A DNA stretch of 57,839 nt from Chara braunii (lineage: Eukaryota > Plantae > Charophyceae), in NCBI GenBank assembly GCA_003427395.1, contig BFEA01000025.1, positions 949,625-1,007,463 of the forward strand, given 5' to 3'. Within the stretch, counting starts at the first letter, position 1; each line of letters opens with the position of its first letter. Positions 24,858 to 35,011 of this stretch are shown here, piece after piece. Below the pieces are notes generated by a model. That model did no database searches. It had not been told where the DNA came from and saw only the letters and a program-made list of their open reading frames with translations. Both the position numbers and the translations under genes were made by a program.

Positions 24858-25300
24858 CCGTCGTCTAGGCCAGCTCAGTCAATGCATAGCTCTTTTCTCT
24901 TTGCAGTACCACTGGTTTTGTTCTCTCGGAACTGTTTATCTGAGGTCGTCTGGGCCAGCTCGGTCAATGCTCGAGCTCTTTTCTTTTTTGCAGTACCGCT
25001 GGTTTTGTTCTCTCATAACTGTTTATCTGAGGTCGTCTGGGCCAGCTCGGTCAATGCTCGAGCTCTTTTCTTTTTGCAGTACCATTGGTTTTGTTCTCTC
25101 GGAACTGTTAATCTAAGGTCGTCTGGCTGAGACTGGCTCAGCTCAGTCAATGCTCGAGCTCTTCTCTTTTTGCTATGCCACGGACTTTGTTCTCTCGGAG
25201 CTGTTAATCTGAGCTCGTCTGGCTCTGCTCGGTCAATGCTGGCTCATTTCCTTTTGCAGCGCCACTAACTTTGTTCTCTCGGGACTGTTAATCTGAGCGA
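24858..25300. repeat. About 87-bp minisatellite, about 5 copies
   Basis: ttgcagtacc recurs at 24901, 24988 and 25074, with more diverged copies to about 25300. Confidence 0.92.
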
Positions 25301-25651
25301 GTATGGCTCGACACGAACAGTACTAGGGCATGTTCCACCCTCCTTTTTTTTTCCTGATTGTTTGCAGCGCCACCGGCTATGTCCTCTCGGACTTGTAGAT
25401 CTGACAGACTGACACCACCTGGCTAACCTTGTCAAAATTGAGTAACGGGCCGGAGACAATGAAAAGAGACAATTAGGTGCTTACTCATGGCTGGCGACTC
25501 CTAAGGAACTAAGGGAAACAACCTGCGGTGTATCGGAGCCCGGCTTGAGAGCCCCTAACCGACAAGTCGGTGTCGTTGCCGGGGATGGGCTTTCTCCCAC
25601 GGCCTCGGCCAGCTCAAGGACCACGGTGTGAGGGAGGACGTGCGTGACAGG

Positions 25652-25659
25652 TGGTGGAG
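25652..25659 (+). other. Candidate primer-binding site (tRNA-Ala-like) after a possible LTR end
   Basis: ...tgaCA-gg-TGGTGGAG: CA end, 2-nt spacer, then 8 nt complementary to a tRNA-Ala-type 3' end. Confidence 0.3.
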
Positions 25660-26068
25660 GGTTCTTTCTTCCAAATATCGGCATCAAGGTCTTCGGGGCT
25701 TTTATAGGCATCTTGTCACTTCGTTTTCGGCATCGGCTTCTTCAACGCGTCGAAGGGGTTTTCTTCGGTTTCAATTTGACGGCCCGCGCGTCAACCTTTC
25801 GGCGTCGTTTTGACTGCATTCGGGTAGGGGTTCTATTGGGGCTTTTGTTTTGACGTGGGGTTGTTAGGGCGCGGGGGACTTGGGGTGGTGGAAATTTCTT
25901 CGGTTTTTGCAGGTCCGTTCCGGCCCCGCTTGCGACTTCGGCCCCTGGCTACTCCAACATAACCCAGGTCAGATTCTTGCTGGGGGGGGTGTGGCCTAAT
26001 TTTTGTGAGTGTTTGTTTCTAAAAACCCATAAATTAAGAGGTTAAAACAGTTTACCTGTGGGGATCGA

Positions 26069-26665
26069 ATGAGGGGAAAGAACAATTGAAGAAGGGGAAG
26101 ACGAGCCATACGGGAAAATTGTCTAAGTGGGTCCGCGCGTGGGGGAGAGATAGTGGGAACAAAGGGGAGAGAAGAAAGGGGGGCTCAAGGGGGCCTAGGG
26201 GCGCCATCGGGTTGGGATACAAGAGGGCAGATCCGAAGGGAAAGGGGCATCCCCAACATTCCTGACCCTCTTGGGTTGTGGGCATTGCCTACACGGTTAG
26301 GGACCTCCGTGAGGGAACGGGCTCCTCGAGAGGGGGTTGGGTTTTCGGTTCTCGATCCGAGGGGGTTGTGGACAGGGCCTGCGAGAGACACTACTCCCGC
26401 GAGGGAGCAGGGTTCTCAAGCAGGGACTGTCCGGGACTTGGGAACAAGGAGGGTGGTGCTTAGGGTTCCAGTGCAAGGGGGCGAGGGGATACAAACCGTC
26501 GTTGAAAGCGAGAGGGGGAGGGGTCCAGTTTGGGAAGAAGAAGCGAGGGACGCGTGGGGCACCTTGGACGAGGGGTCGGAGGACGAATCCTGGGAGGACC
26601 GGTGTCTTGCCGATTTCTCGGACTCGGATCTCGGGGATTATTGGAACTACGAAAACGAATTATGA
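26069..26665 (+). pseudogene. Accessory ORF 0 (G/R/E-rich, acidic C-terminus)
   Basis: ATG 26069 is in frame with ORF 26153-26665 through one TGA; internal DPxGLW repeat. Confidence 0.45.
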
Positions 26666-27281
26666 AGGAATCAAGGACCACAAGGTACATATTGGTAACT
26701 GCCTAACCTGAGAGACTCTTTCTAAAGCTCTACTTCCCCACCCCTTTTCTTTGAATACACCGATTAAATTCTTTGATTCCAAGAGAGAAAAGAGTCAGCC
26801 GGTGGCGAAAAAGGAGGGAACGAAGTGAGAAGAGTTCACGATACGAGAAGGAGAATGGAAGGGAGTAGACAAGCTAGAGATCACTGATCAATAGGCGGAT
26901 AAAGTCCTGAAACCCGGGTAATTCCACGCTCGAGGTGGGCCGAGTAGGGGCGTGGTTCCGGATAGGCTAACTTAGGACTAGGGGTCAGTTCGGTGGGGGA
27001 CATAAGGCGCGGGTGTGTGACTGCGGTCAAAGACTGACTCCGGAGAGGGGGTTGCCACCCTTCTTCGGGGATAACCTGTGTTCGCGGCTAGTCCTTATAC
27101 CTGAAAGTGGGAGGGCCTCTCAGCGGCGGAGGACAAGAAGGTAGCCGAGTGAGACGACGTTCCTTCTCATGTCCATTTGATTCTGCTGGGCTCACAGACA
27201 CCTTCTTCTTGCAAGGTGGGGGTGGTCACTTGAGTGGTCGAAAGTAAAGGTGACCAAAATATCTTTCTTTGATTAGGGTGA

Positions 27282-27634
27282 ATGAGCCTAGAGGCGGTCC
27301 TGGGAGGGATTACCGTGAGTAGTTACGTGGCGTCGACGTGTGGTGCTATACCTTCCATCTGTGGACGGAGGATTTCGACGTTGCCATCTATGTAGAGGAG
27401 GGGCGAGATCAGGGGGAGAATTTCCTACGAGGATGGGAGGAGGCGGTAGGCAACTCTCGTATGGAAAGGGGGGAGCTGCGAGAATACGGGTATAGATACG
27501 TCTACTCGCCAGGGTACCGGATTTACCCTAGGGAAGGCCGACATGCCCTGGTGATTCCGGACGCTTATCTCGACGGGTCGGATGGGTAGAGAGTGTTGGT
27601 CGCAATCGTAGAGGAGATAGTAGGGCGTCTATGA
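27282..27634 (+). pseudogene. Accessory ORF A1 (paralog of A2)
   Basis: MSLEAVLGGITVSSY/GVDVWCYTFHLWTEDFDVAIYVE...VIPDAYLDGSDG*RVLVAIVEEIVGRL; one frameshift and one stop; ends in ATGA. Confidence 0.75.
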
Positions 27635-28012
27635 GCTTAGGGGTTTTGGAGTTTGAGTCGGCGGGCATTAGCGTGGGTAGCTATGGGGGTATAGACGTGT
27701 GGTGCTACAACTTTTACCCGTGGACCGGGGATTTCGATATAGCACTTTACGTAGAACTTGAAGAAGGGACTGATCAAGAGGAAGCCTTCCTGAATAGTTG
27801 GGAAGAAGCAGTTGGTCATGCTCGGCTAGAGAGGGAACTTTTAGGGCATTACGGGATTAGATATTTTTGTACACTAAGGTGGCCGAACTTTACGAAGAGG
27901 GGAGCAACCCGCACCCGTGATACCGGAGGCATACCTGGACGGGTCGGATGGTTGGAAGGTGTTGGTGGGGATCGTCAAGAAGGTAGTGCAAAGCCAGAGG
28001 GGGCATGGTTAG
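27631..28012 (+). pseudogene. Accessory ORF A2 (paralog of A1)
   Basis: MSLGVLEFESAGISVGSYGGIDVWCYNFYPWTGDFDIALYVE.../VIPEAYLDGSDGWKVLVGIVKKVV; one frameshift near 27890. Confidence 0.75.
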
Positions 28013-28667
28013 GATTGTGGAAGGGTTTGACGACGGTAGGATAAAGGTCGAGAAGGCAGATCTTCTCAAAGAGCGAGAGTGCTTTAGTGTCGCCTTTGAC
28101 CATCGTACAGAGAGGTACCTGGCCGGGCGAGAAAGAGGGGTGGAACTTGAGAAGGGAGTTTTTCTTTGGGCAAGGTTCGCCGTGGGCATTTGGGAAGGAG
28201 ATCAGTGGACCAGGAATAAACCCAGGAACGGAGGAAAGGTCCGACGGGCGGCGGTTCGTGCTGAGGGAACAATCTATCTAAGTCGAGAGGCTTGGGTTGA
28301 GTACGTCACCCACTGGGCCTTAGGGTGGTATCGGGCGGACCACTGGGAAGTATGCGCAGGATCTATACTAAGGCGGATCTTCGAGGAGGTGCCTCTTCGG
28401 CACAACTTTCCGTTTCCCTTGCGAATAACTTATGCTCGGGACGAGAAGTATAGTCGTGTCACGGGTTGCATCCAGGCTATATTTCCTTCTTACGTCTTCA
28501 GGAGAGTGTGTGGAGAGGGAGCCGCGTATGAGAAGGTCGTGAGGTCTATAAGGCGAGAAAGAAGGCGGGGGTTGTCCTTTCGTTCGCTCCATTGGTTCTA
28601 TTCCTATTGTGTGGACAACCCGGTGCCGTACGGAGTTAGGGCCGAATCCGAGAGAGGATATCTCTAG
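28005..28667 (+). CDS. Accessory ORF B1 (unknown paralog family B)
   Basis: 220-aa frame; GTIYLSREAW and YSYCVDNPVP motifs shared with B2 and B3. Confidence 0.7.
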   Translation: MVRIVEGFDDGRIKVEKADLLKERECFSVAFDHRTERYLAGRERGVELEKGVFLWARFAVGIWEGDQWTRNKPRNGGKVRRAAVRAEGTIYLSREAWVEYVTHWALGWYRADHWEVCAGSILRRIFEEVPLRHNFPFPLRITYARDEKYSRVTGCIQAIFPSYVFRRVCGEGAAYEKVVRSIRRERRRGLSFRSLHWFYSYCVDNPVPYGVRAESERGYL

Positions 28668-28749
28668 AATCGGAGCGAGACTGTGAGGGCGGGAGAGACT
28701 ACCGTTACCAGAGGGTATTCGGAGCCCGCCAAAAGATAGGTTAGCATGA

Positions 28750-29469
28750 ATGGTTCTATCTAGCAGGGGCATCGGCAGGTTTGTCGAGTTCCCTCTAGAC
28801 GAGCGAGGGTTGTGTAGTTTAGTTCCGAGCAACGGAGGGGTCCCCAATTGGAGAAGGTTAGAAGGGGGAGAGATTACGGACGGAGGAAATTTCGTGTGGA
28901 TAGAGTCAGAAGAGGCGGAAGGGAGAACGACTGGGGTGCATCTCAAAATCACAGCGATAATCTTCATCCAGCCAAAGGCTTGGTCAAAGGTTATAGTACC
29001 CCTCGTCTTAGGCCAAGGGGGTGGGCTGGACCTGTTAATCGGAGAGGCTAGAAAAGTTAGAAGGAGGTGGGTAGATAGGGTCCGGAAGGAGTTTAGGTTT
29101 GTGGCAATAGAGGCAGAGAGGTTCGTTAGGGCAGGTGAGCTCCCAAGGGTGAGTTATCCGGTGACCGCGTGGGTCCCGGGCTTTGTGTTCTCGGGGGTGA
29201 ACGAAGAAAGAGTGGTGAAACTCCTGGAAAGAGGAGGGAGTTTATGATTACCATTTGGGGCTCTGTGCATACTGTACACACATTGTGTCGATCAGGGAAT
29301 CCCTCCGCGAGGGAAGCTCTGGGGTATTTTCAGGAGGTTAGGGTCTTTGGAAAAACCTGTTACCCTCTCGCCAGAGAGATACCGCGAGTGGGTTTTCAAA
29401 ATGGCACCTGTAGATGGTGAGGTTTGTGCTCAGCGACAACGGAGTGGTAGAGGCGATAGAAGCCGGTGA
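28750..29469 (+). pseudogene. Accessory ORF B2
   Basis: FVWIE, AIIFIQPKAW, GELPRVSYPVTAWVPGF, EERVV; reading through TGA 29245 gives LYTHCVDQGIPPRGKLWGIFRRL, matching B3; exact end uncertain. Confidence 0.7.
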
Positions 29470-30136
29470 CGGCGAAAAAGTCTTGATCCCAGGGGACCCT
29501 CGCGTGACGCCCTACTGGATGAGTGTTGAGAAAGGAGGGGTCATCCGGGAAAGCGCCTACGTGTGGGTTCAAGCTCGCAGGCTTACCTGGAAGGAAGGGG
29601 TGCAAGGAGGGGGTCTGCCTGACCTCGGTCGGTTCCTCGAGATCCGGGCTACAATCTTCCTCGACGAGGATATGTGGGCCGAGATTTGGAGGGGTTTGGT
29701 AACTGGCCTAGAGACCCATACGGAATACCGCGAGTCCGCGAGGCAGTTAGCGAACAATCTGGTACTGAGCGAGGAAGGGACCTTCAAGTCCTGGACACTG
29801 GTGTCCTTCGCCGAACCGGGCGAGGTCCCCCGGGCATCCGGGGTGCTCCACGCAGGCCTACCCCAATTCCTGACACGTTCATTCTTGCGGGACCCGGAAG
29901 AGAGAGTGGTGGCGATACTCAGAGCCGCTCAGGAATCCGGAGTGCGGACGAGAGGGTTGTTCGGGCTCTACACGCGGTGTGTGGATGCTGGGGTTCCCCC
30001 TGGGGGAGAACTAATCCCTATATTCGAAAGGTTGAGAAAATTTGAGGGGGTCCGGGCTCACGTCGCTGACGTCCCGTACGCCCGCCTCTTTGGGGAAGAG
30101 CAGGTGGCAAACCTGCGGGGATACGAAGCTCGATGA
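29414..30136 (+). CDS. Accessory ORF B3 (intact, 240 aa)
   Basis: YVWVQ, ATIFLDEDMW, GEVPRASGVLHAGLPQF, EERVV, LYTRCVDAGVPPGG. Confidence 0.75.
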   Translation: MVRFVLSDNGVVEAIEAGDGEKVLIPGDPRVTPYWMSVEKGGVIRESAYVWVQARRLTWKEGVQGGGLPDLGRFLEIRATIFLDEDMWAEIWRGLVTGLETHTEYRESARQLANNLVLSEEGTFKSWTLVSFAEPGEVPRASGVLHAGLPQFLTRSFLRDPEERVVAILRAAQESGVRTRGLFGLYTRCVDAGVPPGGELIPIFERLRKFEGVRAHVADVPYARLFGEEQVANLRGYEAR

Positions 30137-30872
30137 TAAGGGGGATCCCCGGAGCTCTTTGGGCCTCAATAGAACCTATAAGAGGGGAATCGGAGGTTGT
30201 CCACAATTCGTTGCCCAAGGAGAGCCGAGCGAATCAGACGAGGGTCATTCGAAGAGAAGTGGCCGAGATCCGCCAAGGGAAGGCGTTCGTTCGGCTGACG
30301 GTGAGTAGCAGGGAGAGGTTGGTGATCGGTGAGGGCAACGTGTTCCTTTCTAAGGAGGGTCTCCTGGAGGTAGTCTGCAACTTGAAGTTGGGGGAGGATC
30401 CGCTCATAGACGCACGGGCGGCACAGGACCGCCAGGAGAAGCTTGTGGAAGAGGCAAGTCCTCAAGAGAGGTACCAAATGATATATCGGGTGACCTACAC
30501 GGGTTGGGAAGAAGTACCTCGTCGGAGTCCCTCGTCAGAGTCCCTCGTTTTATCCTTAAGCGAGTTTATCCCTCCGAAGCAGTCAAAAGGGCGGTGGAAC
30601 GCAGGATATCGATCTTGAGTCAATTCCAGTTCACTCGGTCGGATCTGCACTCCCTATTAACGTGGTGCCTTCAAAACCCGTACGAGGACAATTGGTCGTC
30701 GTTAGAAGGCCTGGGCTACGCCTTCGAAGGTTAGGGCCAACACGTAAAGGTGTCAACCATCACGTGGAGGTACTTGGTAAAGATCTGTGAGACAGGATTG
30801 GAGGGATTAGACCCGTCGGATCTCATACAAATAGCAATTGCGTGTCGGCGAAGGGACTTGGGGCATGAGTGA
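30133..30872 (+). pseudogene. Accessory ORF B4
   Basis: MIRG...LPK...GNVFLSKEG...GEDPL...AQD...YTGWEEVPR, then a frameshift into VPRFILKRVYP... (30504-30734), one stop, ending at TGA 30870-30872. Confidence 0.7.
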
Positions 30873-31065
30873 GCCGGACACCAGAGAGCTGGTGGGGCTA
30901 GAGAGGGTAAGGGCAGAGGTATATAGAATCCTGACCCTTTGTTGGGAGGAGGAGAGGAGAGTTGGGCAGGGATCCTTGCGAAGGATCAAGTTGCTTGAGG
31001 CGGTCACGATTAGGATCCTAGATGAGCTAACGGACGGGCTGCTTCGAGAGGGGGGAACGGCATGA
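30865..31065 (+). CDS. Small accessory ORF C (66 aa)
   Basis: ATG overlaps the B4 stop; its own stop forms ATGA with the next ORF. Confidence 0.55.
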   Translation: MSEPDTRELVGLERVRAEVYRILTLCWEEERRVGQGSLRRIKLLEAVTIRILDELTDGLLREGGTA

Positions 31066-31553
31066 GAACTACCTATGCCTCTAACTCAATAACGTGGGAG
31101 TTGGAGACGCGAGACGACGGGCCTGAAGTCAATAAGGGGAGGGGAGGAGCGGAGCTTAGCCCGGGTCTTGGGGAAGACCAAGTAGCGCGAGCCAAAAAGG
31201 AGTTCCTCGCCAAAGTTCGACGCCTAACCTTGTAGAAAAGGAGGTCCAGGACCACCTTAGCTAGGTTTTCGGTCTTCATTAAAAAGGCGATAAGGGTTCG
31301 GTTCTCTAGAACTTGGAAGGAAACCTTAACTGAGGTCGAGAGGAGGTTTGAGGAGGACTCTAGGTGGCTCGGGAATCCCTCCGAAGTTAGGGTGCACCTA
31401 GTCGAGGCGTGTTTCTGGGATAGGACGGGAGAGTACTAGAAAGCTTTACATCGGACGATACTCGATCAAGGCGAAGGCTCTCGAGAGAGGTGTGAGGACT
31501 CGCTAGTCAAGGCCGCAGAAAGATTGGCTCGGGTAAGGTAAGCCTGTCAATGA
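31062..31553 (+). pseudogene. Accessory ORF D (decayed)
   Basis: MRTTYASNSITWELE...; several stops and a frameshift; bounded by ATGA at both ends. Confidence 0.5.
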
Positions 31554-32396
31554 TTAGATACGACAGGGGGAGCCTTGTCGGGACCTTAGAAAGGGTTTGG
31601 AAGTCATGATCTAGGTATGGAGTGACTCTCCCAAAGGTTGAGGAGGAAGGGGAAGTTATTACGGAGTTCTTCGAAATCTACAGGCAAGAAACGCTAGTTC
31701 GGTTTTCTGTAGTCTCAAGGGAAGGTGTCCACACGTGAAGGGCCGAGATCTTCTTGTCTCACGGCGATAGGCAGTTCCTTGCTACCAAGTTAGCGGGAGG
31801 AAAGGACCCGCTGCGTATCGCGGGGAAAGCTCAGGACTGACTTGAGAGATTGAGAGGAAGGGCGTATAGTGGATAAGGTTGAGTACCGGGGGAGGGGGGA
31901 AGTCCCGCGGGCAGCCTACGGTTGGACCTGGGAAGTTCCCGCTTGGGCCTACCGTTTGCTCTATCCCGATGACGCCACAGTAAGGAAGGTCCAAATTAGA
32001 GGGCAAATAATTGAAAAGTTCCCCCTAGGGGAAGAAAAAGGGCACGAATTGTTCACCCTGTGCTGGGAATCTCTAGAGTTTACGGACTTCGAGTGCTGGA
32101 CTTTAGTCGGGGACTTCATCAAACCCCTGTTCTCGAGACAGTTCGGAGAAGTAAATAGAGACCTAATTAGACGGTGCTCGCAGGAAGGGGTTAGGGGCGT
32201 CTCAGATCTGGAGATTGCCAACCCTGCGCTAGCCACTTACGAGGAGAAAAAAGTGTGTGACTCTTGGTGGACTGTGACTAGTGAAGAATGCGAGGGTGAT
32301 AGGGAGGAACGAGGAGCAAGTGAGGGAGGAAGAGGCTCGGAAGAGAGTAACGAGGCAGAAGACCAAGAGAATGACTCTAGGGAGGAAAGCAACTAG
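31550..32396 (+). pseudogene. Accessory ORF B5 (closest to B4)
   Basis: MIRY...LPK...EIFLSHG...GKDPL...AQD, then a frameshift into VEYRGRGEVPR...VPAWAYRLLYP (31869-32396); stop 10 nt before the gag ATG. Confidence 0.7.
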
Positions 32397-32406
32397 AAAT
32401 TTGTGC

Positions 32407-34179
32407 ATGGAAAGTGTGGTTGAGCACGGGGTCGCCCGATCTCCTAAGTCCGCTGTCATGGGGCGAACCGAGGAGCATACCGAGTTAGGAGCAAGATTGA
32501 GCAAGTTGGCCGAAGGAGTGACGGAGGGGGTGAAAACTATTGGTAGGGCCTTAAGGAACTTGGAGGAGTCTCTCGTGCGAGCACTTAACAAAAACCAGGG
32601 CTACCTCCCGGACGCTAAAAAAAAGTTGACATTTGACGGGGCAAACATCACGGAGTTCCTAATAGATTACGAGAACCTAGCTGCGTTGTTGAAGTGGACT
32701 GAAGAAGAAAAGATGAACCATCTAGAACAACATCTGTTGTTGAGTCTGGAACGGGACATAATGGCCATCGTAGTGGCGAGTCAATCTTGGAAGAAAACCC
32801 GGGATGTAATGATGAGGAAGTACCTGGCAGCGGAGAAAATGACAACAAAGGCCGACTTAGTGGCAGTTCAAAGAAGGACCTTTGCAACGTACAACGACTT
32901 CCTACAAAAGTTTACCCTGGTAGCACTACGGATCCCAGGGGTTACAGACCGGATAATGAGCAAGTACTTCCTCAGGCAATTCTCCGAGTTCGACAAAGAC
33001 AAGATCCTGTCCGCCTACCAACAGACGAGCAAGTTTGTAAGCACCAGGGATGTTGATTTTAGTATGGTAATGGATCTAGCCGAGAAGACAGTAGTAACCG
33101 AGACACTGGCCTTGCTTAAGGAAGGGGAAGTCATAGATCTGACCGGTAGGACAGGCGACAAGGTAAAGAGGGGGATTGAAAGTCTACATAAACGCATGCA
33201 CGGAGTTGACAATAAGATTGAAAGGGTGGAGAACGCGCTGATGGTTATGCAGGCGTAAGTATCCCGACTCGCCCTCCCTCCCCAAGAAGCCGTAGTCCAG
33301 GCAAGAATGGCTAACCGAGGATTCGGTCGGAGAGATCCCGCTAATGAACAATGCATGTACTGCACCGTGGTAGGATATTTTGTGCGTACATGTCCAAAGC
33401 TCAACCACGATATACTAAAACGGAGATGTACAAGATCATTAAAGGGGGAGATATTCGGGTTATAGGAAGAACGGGTGAATTGAAACTCGTCAGGGGGAAT
33501 GCGACGCGCCATTATGTTGCTCAATGGGTTAGAGATAGCAGCAGTAGAGGCTAAGTCAGTGGTCGATATCATCTGGGACCAACTCCAGGGCCGCGGGCCG
33601 CAGGTTAATTTCATTTTGGAAGGCAAACGGACGTGATAGGGTGAACGCGACCACTCAACTTGGGACGGCTGGAAGAAGGATTATCCGTGACACCGTGATG
33701 AAGTAGGTTGCTGGAGGCTCCTCGCCCCAGGCAGAGCCCGAGGCCGGGGAGCCCGAGAAAGTCTATGGGAAGCCTAGGGAAGAGGAGCCTACAGACAAGG
33801 TCACTGCTGCTAAGAAAAACTTCAGGTATCAAATCCCGATCTTAACCATGTCGATGACACCCTTAGCAAATTGCTAGGAACCATGGTGTCATTATCGTTT
33901 CAGACCACGTTGCAGGCCAACCCCAGGTTGCTCAAAGGGTTTAGGCAACTGTTGACTCGGTGACGAGTAGAGATAGACGAAAACCCCGAAGCGTCGGAAG
34001 AGGAAAAGGGGGGGAAAGTTCCGCAATAAGTCGCTAATGTTCAAAGGAATCCCGGGGATTTGGAGGATCTAGAGAAGGCATTTGCAGACGTCCGCCTGAG
34101 CTTGCCAGACCGTGAAGGCAACGAGGTTATGAGGGTTCCACCAGGGACAAAGCTCAGTTTTCATGCGCTACCCGTAGGA
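32407..34179 (+). pseudogene. gag: gag, copy 1 (capsid-like region, degenerate CCHC knuckle; truncated before the protease)
   Basis: LTFDGANITEFLIDYENLA; CMYCTVVGYFVRTC after a TAA; near-identical to 35012-36620. Confidence 0.8.
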
Positions 34180-34483
34180 CACCAAGCAAGAGGAGGAAGG
34201 AGAGAGAAAACTCCCCTGGGATGGAAGCGGAGAAAGCTACAAATCCGCCAGCCATAAATAGCAGGGTTAGCGTCTGTCGGCCATGCCAGCGGTAATGCGA
34301 GGGTGTGAAGGACTCTGGAGCCTTAGAAAAAGGGTGTTGGGATGGTTCGACCCGGAAGGGACTGCAAAGACTAGAGATGGACAGAGAGCGGACAAGGAAG
34401 GGCAAGATACCAGTACGGTAGGCGAGGCCAGTAGCTCCAAAGGCGATCTCAGGGAGAGAAGGTTAACAACAGTCGTATTTTTC

Positions 34484-34935
34484 ATCACCACTTCGGGACA
34501 CCCTTCACAACTTCAGGATGCAACCTGCCTAAACAAGTGGTTTTCAGGGTCTTCAGACCTTTCACCACTTCAGGATGCAGCCTGCGTAAACAGGTGGTTT
34601 TCAGGGTCTTCGGACCTTTCACCACTTCAGGACCATTCAAGTCTGAAAATCCTGAATGGTCATGAAGTGGTGAAAGCTCTGAAGACCCTAAAAACCACTT
34701 GTTTAGGCAGGCTGCATCCTAAAGTGGTAAAGGGTGGTTTTCATGGTCTTCGGACCTTTCACCACTTCAGGACCATTCAGGATTTTCAGACTGCCAAAAA
34801 CTCTCACTTGACCACTTCAGGACACCCTTCACCACTTCAGGATGCGGCCTGCCTAAACAGGTGGTTTTCAGGGTCTTCGGACCTTTCTCCACTTCCGGAC
34901 CATTCAGGATTTTCAGACTGCCCAAAACTCTCACT
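34484..34935. repeat. 57-bp-based tandem array with an internal inverted unit
   Basis: Units cttcaggatgcagcctgc...ctttcacca; 34641-34735 is a reverse-complement copy. Confidence 0.9.
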
Positions 34936-35011
34936 TCAAAATTTTCATTCCTGAATTTTCAGCTACCCGATAACCGCTTGTGGTCTCAAGAAGATAGTGT
35001 CGTCCCCCGCA

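Noticed and set aside
26981-27082. Canonical HDV-like ribozyme or HCV-type IRES
   Set aside because: The topology is loosely similar, but there is no P3/L3 with CC, no catalytic C in J4/2, and no IIIe motif or nearby AUG
29244-29420. ATGA junction and small ORF MITIWGSV... after B2
   Set aside because: Reading through the TGA gives LYTHCVDQGIPP, homologous to B3, so this is a premature stop and not a real junction
33015-33626. Antisense ORFs over gag (also 35450-36088)
   Set aside because: Shadow frames of the gag coding strand
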